IMG/VR virus record: IMGVR_UViG_3300044267_006294
Location: 1-38,989 of that record
Length of the DNA: 38,989 nt
Direction: 5' to 3' (one strand)
Origin: a virus
Lineage: Duplodnaviria > Caudoviricetes
Shown here: piece after piece, positions 25,401-35,173 of the stretch
Position numbering within the stretch: the first letter of the stretch is position 1
Layout: each line of letters opens with the position of its first letter
The notes under the pieces: model-generated
What the model was told of the DNA's origin: nothing
What the model saw: only the letters and a program-made list of their open reading frames with translations
Databases searched by the model: none
Made by a program: the position numbers and the translations under genes

Positions 25401-28400
25401 CGAAGCAACCAACAAGACATCGCCAAGGTCACTGACCTGCGGGCTAAAAAGGATTCTTCTCTTGCTGCGCAGAAGCAGGCTGAGCTGCAGAAGGTTCTGG
25501 ATACAAGAAACGAGATTGATCGGCTGCTCAGAAGTGTGCAAGACAACGCGAGCAATATCAAGCTTGAGCCTGCGCCTCCGATCAAGCCTGTTCCTTCTGT
25601 TGAGGAGCTAAGCCTTCCTCCTGCGAAGCCGCTCCCCGAGCCGCCGAAGGGTATGCCGAAGGCCAACAAGAAGGGCTTCGGTTACACGGAGCTGTCTCCG
25701 CTTGCTCTTGAGAAGGAGAACAAGTTCCTCGCCGATATAGGCGAAGAGATCTACACTCTCGACAGCTACGATTATTACACGTTGACGGTGGGCCAAAGAA
25801 AAGCACTAATAGACTTTCAAAAGGGCTTTTTAAATCGCATAAGCAACCGCCTTGAAAGTGTTCGGAAACAGGACTTTCCAGACATTGTTTTTCGTCTTCA
25901 GAAAGGCGTCTTCTCTGAAGTACGGACGATTGTTCCTTTAGATCTCAAGGGCAACCTTATCGCCCGCGCGGATGTCCCTGAAGAACTTCAAGAAGTCATA
26001 CGCCAATTCGAGGAGGCCGATGCCTACCTCAGCAGCTCTCAAGTGCGAGCAAAAAAGCGAGGCCTTGCGCCCAGGGAGTTGTACGATCACCTCGTCCAGT
26101 TCGATGCGCGCGTCAATCCCGATGCTCGACTTAGAGATGCTGTGCAGTGGCTGTATGACCACGGCCAGAACGCCGGATGCCGAGCTATCTGCCGACGATT
26201 GATTCAATCAGGCCAGATAGACGAGGGGGCTAGGTTCTTCGTCTTGAACGGGAGTGGGGCCTTAAGTATCGGCAAGCTCGACGCCTTTCTTGTCTCTGCG
26301 GGGGAGAGCAAAGTAGGGACAAAGCCGAAAGATTTCCGAGGCCTTGCGTCTGGGGATTATGGCACAGGCTTTTCTTGGAACATCGTCCGCGGTAGTGGAT
26401 ACAAGTCGACAGGGCTTACGGAAGAGACCATAGTCCACGAGATGCTCCACAACGCCACGTCGGAGGTCCTTCACCTCGCCTTAGTGCGTGGTAGGGGTAC
26501 GCCGGCTGTCAGGAAGGCGGCGAAAGACCTGGATGATTTCGCGGTACAGATCTACGACATCGCAGAAAAGGAAGTCAGACGGCTGAAAGCCAAGAAGGGT
26601 AAGACGTTTGAAGAGGAGAGGCGGCTTTCAACAGCTAAACACATTCTCAAGCCATATGTTCTCGGCAGCGGAAAAAGAGATGAGGTGATCAACCAGTTTA
26701 ACCGTAGCACAGAGCTCGTCTCTTACGCGATGTCAGACCCTGAAATTCAAGTGTTCCTTCGCAGCATCCCTATCGAGGAAGTTCTAAAGGCAGGCGAAGA
26801 GCCACGCACGATGCTCGACAAGTTCGTGGAGTTGATCGGCAGGCTCTTCTCCCCCGGAGGAAGGAAGCTCCCCGCGGTGGAAGAGAACGCCTGGCATCGA
26901 GCGCTTCTTCTTTCAGAAGACGTGCTTGCCGCATCAACAGCGCAGTCACTGTTCGCAGAGAAGACAACGGGTGTCAAGAACACGTATGCCGCCTGGCGGT
27001 CTAATGACAGCTACGAAACTACGGTATTTCTCGAGGACGTCAACTTACTGGACGCCTCGGTCTATGGAGACTTCAAAATTCAGCGTCAAGCCCTTAACGA
27101 CGATCTTTTTGAGGCTTTAGCGTATCACCACAGCTTCCTGTCAGGACGGAGCTCGGTTCCGCCTTCGGACCTACGGCTCTCCGATCTTCGGAAGAGTCTC
27201 GATGCGTTCGAAGCGGGCTTGCCCAAGGTTCTCGAAAAGGTCGATGCCGCAGCGGCAGACCTCGCGCTGAAGACAACTGAGAACGGGGCCTTTGGCAAGA
27301 ACCTCAAGGACACAGAGTACGAGATCGCCCTCAGCGCAGAGGGAAGCGCTGTACGCAAGAGCGCGGATGAGGGGTTCGTTTATCCCAAGAAGTACGCGAA
27401 GCTGACCAAAGCAGAGCTTGAAGATCTTGTCGTTAGTCTGAATAAGACCTTGAAGGAGCGACCTTCCGAGGGTGTTGACGCGCTCCGCACGGCTGCTTTC
27501 GACGAGCTTATGGATCTCCCCTTTATAGACGGGCTGAACTCAGCCGCAGGAGACTTCCGGTATATCAACGACGTAGATTTCTGGGAGATGCACAATCTCC
27601 CGAAGACAGCCACGCTTCAAGAGGCAGCGGACACGCACCTGAAGGCGTTGAAAGAGCGGCTAAAGGAGCAACAGATTACTTTCGATCAGAAGGTCGAGCT
27701 TAAGACAGAGCTTCTGAAGACTAAGATAACTGGCCTGCTTGAGCGAGAGCACGCTGCTTTTCGTGCCTTCGCTGCGGATATACGGAAGGACGACCTGTTC
27801 TCTGCCTCTCTCTACGATGAGCCTTTGTCCGCACTCGATCCAGGGGCGACTCGGGCTGCTGAGGAATCCAAGCTGTTTGATGATGCTGAACTGGCAGCTC
27901 TTAAAGATAGATCAAGGAGAACCAGCACCCAGGCGCAAGAAGGAATCACCCCAGCAAATGTAGGAATCAAGGGACTTTCCGAGGAAGGCTACGGGGATGT
28001 TCTTAGGGCAAATCCCACAGGACGTGCTGCTGCCGAGTACATCGTACAAAACGCGGACAGTGCCTCTTACCGTGTCATTGCACAGCGAATCCTTCCTTAT
28101 TTGGATGATGTGGAAGTCAAGGTTGTGGGCATGGGAGACGCTGCTCCTACCTCGATAGCTCATGGATTAGCCGCTGGGCGTAGTGAAATAGTTAAAGGAG
28201 AAGCGGGAGCGACGGTATGGATTCGGGGCATTCCAGGTTCTGCTTCGGGGCTAAAAACAGAGACTGTTCTGCACGAGCTTCTGCATGCTGCAACACAAGC
28301 TCGATTGAAGGACGCACAATATATAAAGAACCAGGACACCCGACTTGGTGCTGCTTGGACTGAGCTGAGAGAGCTTACTGGCGAGGTTATTCCTGAATGG

Positions 28401-31400
28401 CAAAAGAGAATAGATGCAGGTAAACCTGTTGGACCGCCATCGTACATCAACATGGATGAGGTCATTGCGTGGGGGCTGACCAACAAAGAATTTCAGGACT
28501 TCCTACAAGGAATTAAGCTGGAGGGAAACCAAACGGCCTTTGATAGGTTTGTCAATATCGTAGCTGCTCTGCTCGGTATCTCTACGCGGGAGAAGACCGC
28601 TCTAACGGAAGTCATTCGACTGACGGACGACATTCTCAAGGCTCCTCTTGAAGAACTTCCTCTCCGTAAGTGGACTGTTTCTGGAGAAGCGGGAGAAGTT
28701 GCTACTCAAGAAATGTCTGCTGTACGGGCTGCTCCTCCAGAAGCGCCTGTTGGAGGATATGCTCCTTTCTACAGTGCTCTTGAGCGGTCTGCGGAAGCTC
28801 TTCCAGACAAGATCGGCGTGTCGGAGATCTTGCCGCTTATCAAGAAGCAAGACCTGCCCGGTGTGGGCAGGGTAAAGCAAGAAGAGATCAAGTACACCCT
28901 CATGGAGGAGTTCGTAGAAGACCTCCTTGCCGATGGCGTGAAGAGCATCAGCAAAGATGACCTGCTCGCGTACATTGGAAAGAACCGAGTCACTGTAAAA
29001 GAATCAGCACCCGGAGGAATGTCCAGAGAGATGAGGCTCGCTCAGGCAAGAAAGGACAATGCGTTCAAGGGCGTAGAGCAGTCTTTAAGGGACATGGGCT
29101 ATACAGACCAAAGACTTCACAACTTCTCCGCGGATTCAGCGACAAGAACCGCCAACGAGCTTCTTGAAGACGCGCTGGGTTTTAGTCGAGCTGCAAGCAA
29201 CTTAAGGAATAAGGTTTACCGTCAGCGGTCTCGGTTGGAAAGCGCCGTTGACGCGTTAGGTCCGGTCTCTGGCCGGCAGGCTATATTGGAGGGCGGTCCA
29301 GTCTCCCGCATGGCCGCTTCTAAAATTGGAGAGTTAATAGACGACATCGGAGAGACAGGTCTCAGAGCTATTACAGGAGACGAGTTCGTCGATGCTCTGA
29401 AGGCAGATCGCGCTACTAACTTGTGGCCCGGAGTGGAGCCTTATGCAGGCCCAGAGAGTGCGCTAAACATTACTCCCAGGGCGAAGCAAGAGCTGTCCGA
29501 TGTTCTTAGACAGAAGGGACGCTTCTTTAAAAGAGTCGAGGAAGCCGTAGAAAGAAGGATCATAGGTTATTTTCACAAAGCCGATCTTCCTCAAGCGCCC
29601 AGGGGAGTCGTCGATGCGGAGAAGATTCAGAGCACGATCGAAGCTATAAAGACGAGGTTATCGGAGTACCAGAAAAGGCCCTCCTTCAGGTATCAACTCG
29701 AACGGTCTGATATATTAGACGATGACTTCTTTAATTTCGATATCTCTGCAGGCGCGGCTAGGGTAGAAGAACGAAAACTCTTTCTCGCATCGCCCGAGTG
29801 GAAGGCTGTTGAGGAAGCAGACCGGCAACGGAAAATCGTATTCAATGCCTCCCCTATCGAGACTTTAGGACCCCACTACCCCAGCTACGTTTCAGGAGAC
29901 ACCTCGAATTTAAGCAATACTTATAGAGAGATCTTGATCCAAAAGCCGCCTCCTCCTCTTGAAAGGCCCAGAACTGCTGCTGAGAAGAAAATAGACAGAG
30001 AGCTGGACGTTCTTATCACCAACTTCTCTCAATTCGACGCGGTAGACATGGACGACGCTTTTGCAGAGATTATGCAGAAGTACCCCGACTACACGCCCCC
30101 TCTATCCCCAGCAGGCTATGAGCCCTACAAGTCCCATAACTGGGATTTCGGGGATGTGGGGTACGACGACATCGTTGTCCACATTCGTACTCGGGACATT
30201 AAGGACGCGGAAGGCAACAAGGTCCTCTTTGTAGAAGAGATTCAATCCGACTGGCATCAAGAAGGACGGGTTCAGGGATACTCCGCAGAAGAGAATCGGG
30301 CTCTGAGAGAGAAGTTCGATAACCAGATGCGTGCCCTTGACGAAGAAGTGAAGAAGGTCACCGACGCTTGGACGTATTCTTTTGTCGAGAAAACCGACGG
30401 CTTTCCTCCTACTAAAAAGTTGTTTGTTGAGATAGACGGGACAGATTTTCAGAAAGTCTCGATTCCTGCGGATGTAATAGGCCAAGCGGGTCGAGCGGCT
30501 GGGAGCTCGGGGGATTACGCTCGGCAGGCAGTTCGCAACATGTTTATGGGCGCGCGTCCGGCGTCTGGATTCAATTCCTTTTTTCGGTCTCTCGAGGAAG
30601 CGGGAGTAGATCCCTCCGTCTTGCAACTACGAGATAGAGCGCAGGCTATCACTAGAAAGCAGCGAGCGGTTGTGCGCGGTCCTTTGCCCGATGCTCCCTT
30701 TAAGAAGACTTGGCCCAATGTCGCAGTCAAGCGGCTCTTACACTTAGCCGCCGAAGAAGGGTACTCCTCTATCGCGTTTACTAAGGGAGACGTCATTCAC
30801 GAGCTGGTGGGCGGCGGGCTATCTGGACAGGAGTACTTCTACAACAAGGTCCTTCCGAAAGTTATCTCTAAAGAAGCAAAGAAGGTAAACGCTACTGTAG
30901 AAGTAGTAAGCTCCCCGATTGGTGGAAAGGCGCTCACCGGCGGCTTAGATTTTGGAACGACAAAGAACGCAGACATCGCTCGGTCCCTGGAGGAGGGCGT
31001 TGTTACCATAAAGCTATCTCCCGAATCCAAGAAGATTGCTGAGAAGGGCCGTCCGCTGTTCCAGAAGCGTATAGAGGACGGCGTCGAGGTCGAGAAGTCT
31101 TCTGTCTCTTTCATGGAAGACGGACGCGCTGTCATTCGAGCTATGGAGCAGCCTGACTTCTCCTCGCTGGTCCACGAGATCGGCCACATTATCCGTCGGG
31201 ACATGGAGCCCGATGAGCTGGATGAGTACATGCTCTGGCTCACGGGTGAGCCGCACAAGCTTAAGGTTGAGGTAGAAGGTTCTCGCTTGGTCGGCACCGA
31301 CGCGGTGAAGGCCGAAGAGCTCTTCGCTTCTGCTTTCGAAGCGTACCTACGCGATGGTATCGCACCTACTAAGGGCATGATTAAAGTGTTCGAGGACGCG

Positions 31401-34400
31401 AAGCGCTTCTTGCTCACGATCTACGCCACTCTCGTCAAGCCCGATCAAGACAAGATTCAAGTAGTGCCCGAGGTGTCGGCGCTTCTCGACAAGATGCTGG
31501 GCGAAGTGCCCAGCCATAACACCGGGTTCAATCGACTAAGCAAGGCTTTCAAAGACGAGGTTATCGGCTCAAACTCTGGGCTCGGTGAGGTCAGCGTAGC
31601 TAACCGCGTGGCTGAGGATATGCGTCGTATTCTCCCGAAAGGTCAGAAGGCTTTCACGGAGGAGAAGGTTGCAAAGAAGATTGCGGAGCTACAGGAGCAG
31701 GTCAACTCAGGGGCTAAGACCTCTGAGGAGGCTGTGCTTGAGCTCCCGTTTAAGATCTTCTACAACCGCTTTGAGGACGGCAAAGACACCTTTACCCTTG
31801 AAGAGATAATCCGTCTGCAAGAGACACTCGAAGCAGAGAGGATACAAGCTCTTAGGCAGTCGTTGCCTGAGGTGTTTACCAAGGACAAGGTTAAGGCTGT
31901 GACGGAGCTTGACCCTGCCGAAAAGATTATGAACGCTCTGTCGGGCCCTGGCTGGACTAAGCAACTGAGCCGTGCCTGGATGTCCACTATCTTCGGTGGA
32001 GATGCGCAGAAGATAGGGCAGAAGAGCTTGCGTACATTCCCGCCGCTTCTTCGGTCGGACATCCACGCAGGAGGTCGAATCATAGAGCAGGCTTATGGTG
32101 AGACCGTTCGTCTGGTCGGAGAGGGAGACTGGGATAAGATCACAAACTACCTGACCGGGGAGCTGACTACCTTCAAGTTTGGCGGACGACAGCTGTTCTC
32201 CAGCGGCCACGACATGGCTAACGGTGTTTATGAGCTTATCCGTAGGGTGTCTGACGAGCTGAAACCAGAAGAGCTCGAAGCGATGAGGTATCTCTTTGAG
32301 GAGACCGGTCCTTGGCGAAGAGCTGCAGACGCAGACACCGCTGAGGTGAGGCTCTTCGATGACGTCTATGAGCCTATGCAGCACTCAAACCCCGATGCTT
32401 CTCTGATCGGAAGAACGGCTATTGAAAAGCTACTGGGCTCGAGCGGTACGTCTCTGTTTATGAAGGACATGGCTGGGGCGCTCGGCTTCGAGTCGAGACT
32501 GACAAGCCAGCAGTTCCGTTTCTTAGAAGGTCTGTTTCATGCCGCAGGGGTCACCACGAGAGACGGAAAGTATGTAGACACCGCTACTAAGGCAGCTCGA
32601 CAGAAGACCTTGCAAGGGCTGTTCTCTGATACCGCAAACTCTTTCGGCGACCGTGTCGGAAGCATGAACAAGTCCCGTCTTGCGATTCTTATGGCAGGTC
32701 ACGGAAACGTAAACAGGATCTACGAGAAGTGGTCTGTGCAAGGCCTGGCAATCAAGGAAGACGTCAAGGTTGCGTTCTTAAACTGGTCTAACGGAGAGAA
32801 GATTTCCGACGAGATGCTGCCCGAGGTTCAGAAGGTCACGAGGCGGTACGGTCTAAACGCCCGGTTCTTCGAAGAGCCTGCTATGGACACGGGCTACTTC
32901 TTGCCAGCGATTGCCAGGGACCGTCTTGCTGAGGCGCTTGCTCGCGGTAAGGAAGGCACTTGGAATCTTGCTGATGCCCTGACTAAGTCTGAGCGAGACA
33001 TGGGGAACGTCTTCGGTGGATTCTATCGGTACATGAAGCTGCGCATGACCCGTGGCGCCTTCGCGGTTCGTCAGCGGTACTTCTTCATGAACACCTTGGA
33101 CCACTTTAACCAGATGTCCATGATCACCGGTTTCCGCCCGGCGCTGGTCTCTACTATACGCGTAGCCGCACAAGATGTGATGGCTGTGCCCCTGGTGTCG
33201 AGAAGCCTGGCTATTCTGGAAGCTACGGGCGCGAAACCTCAGGCTATGGAGAAGTTTCGACGAGTTCTTCAGAGGGGCGGCGACAAGGCAGCGAGGGCCG
33301 TCGGCAAATTGCTTCGTGTCTCTAAGTACAGGTTGGACTTGAACGGTATCCTCGATGGATCTGTAGAGGTTGTGACCCTTAACAACAGAACTTACAGCGC
33401 AAGAGCTATCAGGGACGTCATGGTCGAGGAGGGGATCTTCGCCTCCTTCGACACCACTCAGCTCGCTAACGTGATCAAGAAGTCTGCTGATATGTCCCCC
33501 GGTAAGAGTTATCAGCTTCCTTGGAACCTCCCCGCAATCAATCCAAAGCAGCTCGCAGAGAAGGCCGAGGACGTTCTTCTTAAGAGCGTGACGGAGACAG
33601 CAGAGGCATGGTCCGAGCGTGAGCGCGCAGGTGCGATGCTAACCCTGATGGAGATGGGCATGTCTCCGAGGGCTGCTGCTCGGACTACCATTGACGCGCT
33701 CTATGATTACGCGGGTTCTATGTCCCGGATGGACCGTGCTTGGTTTGTCTCTTTGCTGTTCCCCTTCTGGGCTTTCCAGAAGAACGCGAATAAGCAGGTC
33801 GTAAACATGTTGTTCAGCCCTGCCGGTGTGTATCGGATGGGCGTTCTTCGCCGCGCGGAAGAGGGAATCCCTGAGCTCTACGCAGCCTTGATGTGGGAGC
33901 ACATGACGGGGGAGGACCCTTACGGTGTCTTCGATGTAGACAGCCTGCCTCAAGAGGTTCGAGACCAGTACTACATATATCGAGACCGACTCGAGAACGG
34001 CTACGGTCCTATAGAAGACCTCTCCCCTGAAGAGCAACAGCGTCTCTTCATCGCTTATGGAAAGACTTTAAACCAGCTAACGCCCGAGGAGATCTCAGTC
34101 ATAGAGAACGGATTCGGCTCTCCAGAGAACATGCCTGAGGAGCTCAAGACAGCAATCCGACAGCTGTTTACTACAGGAAGACACGGCACCTTCAAGGCAG
34201 CGGGCAAGATTTACCAGGTAGATCAGTTCCTGGAAAAGTACGCTGGATTTAATGAACCTACGCAAGCGAGCCTTGAGCTGCAGACTTATGTCATCCCGAA
34301 GCCTGATGTGTCTGGCAGGTCCTCTTACGTCAGAGATCGAGCCGGCTTCTTTGTCCCGCCCGCGATGACCGAGAATGTACGAAAGTACTACACCCACACG

Positions 34401-35126
34401 CGGTCCATCAGCAGTACCAAGGTAGATACTCCGTACACAGAGTTTCTTCTACCAGACACGACGATCAACGCCGGTTTCCGACATATCGCAAACACGGTTG
34501 CCTTTAGCATCCTTGCTGCCGATTACATGGGACTCGACGGCGGTCTCCTGACGGACTCTTCTGAAGGAGGCGACGCGATTATGCCCTCGATTCCTTTCGA
34601 GGAGGTCTTGTCCGTAAGAAGCACCCCTATTCCAGGTCTGTTCTTAGACATGGTGACTGACGAGCGGCTTCAGTACCCGCGCCGCGTGCACCCGCTCATT
34701 GCGGGGATTGTTGAAGACACCTTTAATATGAAACTTCTTAGAATCGCTAATCTGGAGAATGATCCTTTTAAAGATGACGAGCAATACACTCTTGAGGCGG
34801 AGGAGCGAACTGCTCAAGACTCGGGTGTTGTTCTTACCAATGAGCGCATATACATGATGCCGGGAGCTTGGCGTTTGCTCTTTGAGAACAGTCCTCTGGG
34901 GGAGCTCAATAGCGTGCTCATGCGGATGCCTACAAACATCCCGCTCGTTGAGACGGGACTCGATGTCGGTAGTGCAGTCGAGTTCCGTACAGCGTTCGAA
35001 CAGTTTGCAGATCCCGAGCAGTTGATTCAATGGGCTCGGTTCGTTACGGGTATCCAGACAGCAGAGGTTAAGCCTCAGCGTGCTGCCCGCTTGGAATCCC
35101 GCCAAACGCCTGAGAAACTAAAGTGA
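22443..35126 (+). CDS. giant polyvalent virion/ejection protein (4227 aa) with three zincin-like HExxH domains and an EEIQSDWHQ domain
   Basis: HEMLH at 26436, HELLH at 28272, HEIGH at 31173, EEIQSDWHQ at 30234; C-terminal ALYDY...FPFWAF motif typical of large phage ejection proteins. Confidence 0.85.
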   Translation: MSDETDVLSVEEPVVEEKSAAELAEERIRELSGDVDYSIEEGLSVGQARGAEVEAKKAAIKERTETIDQLDVRGLLHSVSYGRSQQIKGVVKQGYESPDSILESHAARVNMTPMELRGNLIKYGYGWEWMADAVGREGRSVDDVLKEAKSRGTVALLPEREREIRMRGESLRDVAVDKYIAKGEAIPDAFLDDAFVVSDTRNAIIGMDADEEGMADMFSGEVGKDKVLSRPGEKGYIEAQVNSEMLLSMPDIARLVTEYSGTAMGGDQYLRKRKEKLSAEYARINGKEPDFSAVRAMHMQAANELATFKVVGVWHSPIFLRSDTLLPKERGTDAQGLSLYDAFAPTVEVIGVDNKGRFVIRESTAMSHLFDKADAMQAGVVGAVKYGGWEGAKRGIAENRNFLEASIETASAEDLGLFGMSVAGGVGLLGMVASPDLLFSAAGAPKELRKVQDTVRVMKGGTQASKALETMLTAYKAQDPAAFARLSRQFAAEHKLSAEQIDQLTVSLSPLMQKQNPDIGGAEGIALANALPGKAGELRVNLAPEIRKVQSKLSTKPASEKGQKPPKKGEKPKRPSAAEETPGVTPDLYDFERQLKIIEDERELINLKGIDDASFRGVLDRKIALQRTELHKILEDVGPSKQAYEYRSQLGESLGDAMRDPNAWYKSQEDILRQYDGMARTYTGKKKDALKAIDDQVKAGAIDSKRGKELKKEINAAAKARQQAYEKLRKIRDEALKLKQEMPDKAAQLALLDRAEAAVMTNMETRAAASYVFYSTLMDKLNPYGKKLLGVGKKRTDLIKKTLADDLEAYATLSENALKFTKQAMDNFNVSRSEALNGARWLESRARQAARKKGITVDEWWETRIKGIESREDIQKITQGTGGKKPKDVDEGEEVVEEVVEEVVEEVVEEVVEEVVEEATDFSEVITKALSDLEKAIEPLDEQTKFLGNAYNRVNRSALRDVLSSYSTVKYSDDMDVFLEDLSKTIRSNQQDIAKVTDLRAKKDSSLAAQKQAELQKVLDTRNEIDRLLRSVQDNASNIKLEPAPPIKPVPSVEELSLPPAKPLPEPPKGMPKANKKGFGYTELSPLALEKENKFLADIGEEIYTLDSYDYYTLTVGQRKALIDFQKGFLNRISNRLESVRKQDFPDIVFRLQKGVFSEVRTIVPLDLKGNLIARADVPEELQEVIRQFEEADAYLSSSQVRAKKRGLAPRELYDHLVQFDARVNPDARLRDAVQWLYDHGQNAGCRAICRRLIQSGQIDEGARFFVLNGSGALSIGKLDAFLVSAGESKVGTKPKDFRGLASGDYGTGFSWNIVRGSGYKSTGLTEETIVHEMLHNATSEVLHLALVRGRGTPAVRKAAKDLDDFAVQIYDIAEKEVRRLKAKKGKTFEEERRLSTAKHILKPYVLGSGKRDEVINQFNRSTELVSYAMSDPEIQVFLRSIPIEEVLKAGEEPRTMLDKFVELIGRLFSPGGRKLPAVEENAWHRALLLSEDVLAASTAQSLFAEKTTGVKNTYAAWRSNDSYETTVFLEDVNLLDASVYGDFKIQRQALNDDLFEALAYHHSFLSGRSSVPPSDLRLSDLRKSLDAFEAGLPKVLEKVDAAAADLALKTTENGAFGKNLKDTEYEIALSAEGSAVRKSADEGFVYPKKYAKLTKAELEDLVVSLNKTLKERPSEGVDALRTAAFDELMDLPFIDGLNSAAGDFRYINDVDFWEMHNLPKTATLQEAADTHLKALKERLKEQQITFDQKVELKTELLKTKITGLLEREHAAFRAFAADIRKDDLFSASLYDEPLSALDPGATRAAEESKLFDDAELAALKDRSRRTSTQAQEGITPANVGIKGLSEEGYGDVLRANPTGRAAAEYIVQNADSASYRVIAQRILPYLDDVEVKVVGMGDAAPTSIAHGLAAGRSEIVKGEAGATVWIRGIPGSASGLKTETVLHELLHAATQARLKDAQYIKNQDTRLGAAWTELRELTGEVIPEWQKRIDAGKPVGPPSYINMDEVIAWGLTNKEFQDFLQGIKLEGNQTAFDRFVNIVAALLGISTREKTALTEVIRLTDDILKAPLEELPLRKWTVSGEAGEVATQEMSAVRAAPPEAPVGGYAPFYSALERSAEALPDKIGVSEILPLIKKQDLPGVGRVKQEEIKYTLMEEFVEDLLADGVKSISKDDLLAYIGKNRVTVKESAPGGMSREMRLAQARKDNAFKGVEQSLRDMGYTDQRLHNFSADSATRTANELLEDALGFSRAASNLRNKVYRQRSRLESAVDALGPVSGRQAILEGGPVSRMAASKIGELIDDIGETGLRAITGDEFVDALKADRATNLWPGVEPYAGPESALNITPRAKQELSDVLRQKGRFFKRVEEAVERRIIGYFHKADLPQAPRGVVDAEKIQSTIEAIKTRLSEYQKRPSFRYQLERSDILDDDFFNFDISAGAARVEERKLFLASPEWKAVEEADRQRKIVFNASPIETLGPHYPSYVSGDTSNLSNTYREILIQKPPPPLERPRTAAEKKIDRELDVLITNFSQFDAVDMDDAFAEIMQKYPDYTPPLSPAGYEPYKSHNWDFGDVGYDDIVVHIRTRDIKDAEGNKVLFVEEIQSDWHQEGRVQGYSAEENRALREKFDNQMRALDEEVKKVTDAWTYSFVEKTDGFPPTKKLFVEIDGTDFQKVSIPADVIGQAGRAAGSSGDYARQAVRNMFMGARPASGFNSFFRSLEEAGVDPSVLQLRDRAQAITRKQRAVVRGPLPDAPFKKTWPNVAVKRLLHLAAEEGYSSIAFTKGDVIHELVGGGLSGQEYFYNKVLPKVISKEAKKVNATVEVVSSPIGGKALTGGLDFGTTKNADIARSLEEGVVTIKLSPESKKIAEKGRPLFQKRIEDGVEVEKSSVSFMEDGRAVIRAMEQPDFSSLVHEIGHIIRRDMEPDELDEYMLWLTGEPHKLKVEVEGSRLVGTDAVKAEELFASAFEAYLRDGIAPTKGMIKVFEDAKRFLLTIYATLVKPDQDKIQVVPEVSALLDKMLGEVPSHNTGFNRLSKAFKDEVIGSNSGLGEVSVANRVAEDMRRILPKGQKAFTEEKVAKKIAELQEQVNSGAKTSEEAVLELPFKIFYNRFEDGKDTFTLEEIIRLQETLEAERIQALRQSLPEVFTKDKVKAVTELDPAEKIMNALSGPGWTKQLSRAWMSTIFGGDAQKIGQKSLRTFPPLLRSDIHAGGRIIEQAYGETVRLVGEGDWDKITNYLTGELTTFKFGGRQLFSSGHDMANGVYELIRRVSDELKPEELEAMRYLFEETGPWRRAADADTAEVRLFDDVYEPMQHSNPDASLIGRTAIEKLLGSSGTSLFMKDMAGALGFESRLTSQQFRFLEGLFHAAGVTTRDGKYVDTATKAARQKTLQGLFSDTANSFGDRVGSMNKSRLAILMAGHGNVNRIYEKWSVQGLAIKEDVKVAFLNWSNGEKISDEMLPEVQKVTRRYGLNARFFEEPAMDTGYFLPAIARDRLAEALARGKEGTWNLADALTKSERDMGNVFGGFYRYMKLRMTRGAFAVRQRYFFMNTLDHFNQMSMITGFRPALVSTIRVAAQDVMAVPLVSRSLAILEATGAKPQAMEKFRRVLQRGGDKAARAVGKLLRVSKYRLDLNGILDGSVEVVTLNNRTYSARAIRDVMVEEGIFASFDTTQLANVIKKSADMSPGKSYQLPWNLPAINPKQLAEKAEDVLLKSVTETAEAWSERERAGAMLTLMEMGMSPRAAARTTIDALYDYAGSMSRMDRAWFVSLLFPFWAFQKNANKQVVNMLFSPAGVYRMGVLRRAEEGIPELYAALMWEHMTGEDPYGVFDVDSLPQEVRDQYYIYRDRLENGYGPIEDLSPEEQQRLFIAYGKTLNQLTPEEISVIENGFGSPENMPEELKTAIRQLFTTGRHGTFKAAGKIYQVDQFLEKYAGFNEPTQASLELQTYVIPKPDVSGRSSYVRDRAGFFVPPAMTENVRKYYTHTRSISSTKVDTPYTEFLLPDTTINAGFRHIANTVAFSILAADYMGLDGGLLTDSSEGGDAIMPSIPFEEVLSVRSTPIPGLFLDMVTDERLQYPRRVHPLIAGIVEDTFNMKLLRIANLENDPFKDDEQYTLEAEERTAQDSGVVLTNERIYMMPGAWRLLFENSPLGELNSVLMRMPTNIPLVETGLDVGSAVEFRTAFEQFADPEQLIQWARFVTGIQTAEVKPQRAARLESRQTPEKLK
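25119..25197. repeat. 12-bp perfect tandem repeat GAGGAAGTCGTC x6.5 (EEVV)
   Basis: Read directly from the sequence. Confidence 0.97.
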
Positions 35127-35151
35127 CTTCCTTCGCTCACTGAGATATTAT
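35123..35151 (+). promoter_or_regulatory. putative promoter for tail-fibre and lysis genes
   Basis: GTGACT, 17-nt spacer, TATTAT. Confidence 0.55.
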
Positions 35152-35173
35152 TACCGCAATTGGAGATCTCTCT

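Noticed and set aside
22443-35126. Virion RNA polymerase within the giant protein (N4- or crAss-like)
   Set aside because: I found no DxDGD/DFDID-type or T7-like polymerase motif by eye; a structure search would be needed to exclude it fully.
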